From NCBI GenBank assembly GCA_963749915.1, contig CAVVOP010000008.1:512001-576000 (forward strand): 64,000 nucleotides of DNA. The letters are read 5' to 3'. How positions within the stretch are numbered: position 1 is the first letter of the stretch; the number at the start of each line of letters is the position of its first letter. A program made the translations under genes and the position numbers. Positions 62,519 to 64,000 of the stretch are shown piece after piece. The notes below the pieces were generated by a model that worked only from the letters and a program-made list of their open reading frames with translations, searched no databases and was not told the DNA's origin. Source of the stretch: an uncultured cyanobacterium. Lineage in GTDB: Bacteria > Cyanobacteriota > Cyanobacteriia > Cyanobacteriales > Cyanobacteriaceae.

Positions 62519-62878
62519 TTAAAAGTTACCATCATTCTTCTGGCTATAATTTTCATTATCTTGTTTGGATCCCAATAAATCAAGATTAGTAACTCTAATT
62601 ATTGGTTTTGAACGTTTATCCCCTGTATTGCGATCGCTCCATGTATCAATTTTTAACGATCCTTGAATACCCACTAAACTACCCTTTTTAACATAATTAG
62701 CCGCAATTTCAGCAGTTTTTTCCCAAATTTCCAACTCAAACCAATCTGGCTGATCATCTTTTTTACTGCGACGATTAACGGCAATATTAAACTTACATAA
62801 AATTTTCCCATTATCGAAATAGCGCACTTCTGGATTTGAACCGGCACGCCCTACTAAATGTACTATGTTTAAGCTCAT
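62519..62878 (-). CDS. ssb: Single-stranded DNA-binding protein
   Basis: LVGRAGSNPEVRYF, PDWF and YVKKGSLVGIQG; acidic C-terminus ending in F. Confidence 0.94.
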   Translation of the reverse strand: MSLNIVHLVGRAGSNPEVRYFDNGKILCKFNIAVNRRSKKDDQPDWFELEIWEKTAEIAANYVKKGSLVGIQGSLKIDTWSDRNTGDKRSKPIIRVTNLDLLGSKQDNENYSQKNDGNF

Positions 62879-63139
62879 GGTTTTGCGTATAAATGTACTA
62901 AACGAAATTGAAATTATTCTATCACAATACCGATGAATATGTCAGTTACAATGAGGGAAAAATATATTACTGATGTTGAAGGTAATTCCATTGAAGTTTT
63001 TTAGATATAAAATATTATCAAACATTTTCAGATATCGTTGATTTTATGCTAGATTTTCTTAGTTAAAAATTTATATTAGAGTCTTCTTTGTACATCAAAC
63101 ATTAAAATCAGAATTCATATAAAAATTGAGGATATAAAA

Positions 63140-64000
63140 ATGGGTTTATTCGATCGTTTATCGGAATCGCAGGATATGGGCATAGATTTAGGTACCGCTA
63201 ATACCTTAATTTATATACCGGGAAAAGACATTGTTTTAGATGAACCTTCTGTCATCGCCATTGATGATGATAAAAATGAAGCTATCGCCGTTGGCAAAGA
63301 AGCACAAAAAATGTTAGGACGGACTCCCCAAAATGTGAGAACAATTCGCCCCTTAAAGGACGGTGTGATCACTGATGTTAAAGAAACTGAGATGATGCTC
63401 AGAGAATTTATAAAAAAAGCTAGAGGAAATAATAATCTAACTCGTTCCCGTATCATTATAGGCGTACCTAGTGGTATTACTTCGGTGGAAAGAAAAGCCG
63501 TGGAAGAAGCCATGGAAACATCAGGGGCGATCGATAATATAGAATTTATAGATGAACCCGTAGCCGCCGCTATTGGTGCAGGATTGCCCGTTGATGAGCC
63601 TGTGGGTAGTATGATAGTCGATATAGGAGGGGGGACAACAGAAGTGGCCGTATTAAGCCTTCAAGGCATCGTTTTGAGCGACTCCGTGAGGATAGCAGGG
63701 GATGAAGTCAGTGAAGCCATTAAACGTTACCTAAAAAGATCCTATAATTTAATAATAGGAGAAAGAACTTCGGAACAAATTAAAATACAAATTGGATCGG
63801 TCTATCCCACTGAGAATGATAAAGAGGCAATGGAAATTAGAGGCTTAAATATCGTCTCAGGATTGCCCAAAACCGTTACCATTACTGTAGAGGAAATTAG
63901 AGAATGTATCGCCGACACCGTTGAATTAATGATTGATGCCATCAAAAAAATTCTCGAACAAACCCCCCCCGAATTGGCAGGAGATATTATTGATCGGGGT
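63140..64000 (+). CDS. mreB: Rod-shape-determining protein MreB, runs off the window end (absent from the ORF track)
   Basis: MGLFDRL...MGIDLGTANT, EPSVIA, RPLKDGVI, DEPVAAAIGAG, DIGGGTTEVA and TPPELAGDI. Confidence 0.95.
   Translation, partial: MGLFDRLSESQDMGIDLGTANTLIYIPGKDIVLDEPSVIAIDDDKNEAIAVGKEAQKMLGRTPQNVRTIRPLKDGVITDVKETEMMLREFIKKARGNNNLTRSRIIIGVPSGITSVERKAVEEAMETSGAIDNIEFIDEPVAAAIGAGLPVDEPVGSMIVDIGGGTTEVAVLSLQGIVLSDSVRIAGDEVSEAIKRYLKRSYNLIIGERTSEQIKIQIGSVYPTENDKEAMEIRGLNIVSGLPKTVTITVEEIRECIADTVELMIDAIKKILEQTPPELAGDIIDRG

Noticed and set aside
63211..63513. Minus-strand 100-aa ORF, and the many other 60-120 aa antisense or nested ORFs in the track
   Set aside because: Shadow frames of well-supported genes (here mreB).

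Overview
This is a chromosomal window from an AT-rich, phycoerythrin-containing unicellular cyanobacterium (Geminocystis/Cyanobacterium-like by inference; HIP1 GCGATCGC octamers and 7-bp STRR repeats occur throughout). The core backbone carries ccmP, ahcY, vipp1, cpeC-cpeR, tsaB, recG, recJ, the ndhR-ndhF3-ndhD3-cupA-cupS high-affinity CO2-uptake cluster, sasA, psbU, ppk1, ccaA, aroB, hemC, coaE, ssb and mreB (partial). Four visibly GC-richer accessory segments interrupt it: (1) glgP plus a P-type cation ATPase, (2) an mscS gene sitting on a truncated DUF928 gene, (3) a stand-alone single-module NRPS of A-MT-PCP-reductase architecture with a basic-amino-acid-like specificity code, and (4) an IS-scarred region with an orphan HigA, a tandem-MshEN membrane protein and an atypical Amt. 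The best novelty candidates are the orphan NRPS, the MshEN/STAND-fragment membrane protein, a GU-rich RNA stem between cpeC and cpeR, a frameshift in cupA, a duplicated 50-bp NdhR-type promoter, and a dispersed ~180-bp repeat associated with the accessory segments. No rRNA, tRNA or CRISPR array was seen. GC statements are by-eye estimates, and family assignments come from motif recognition, not database searches.
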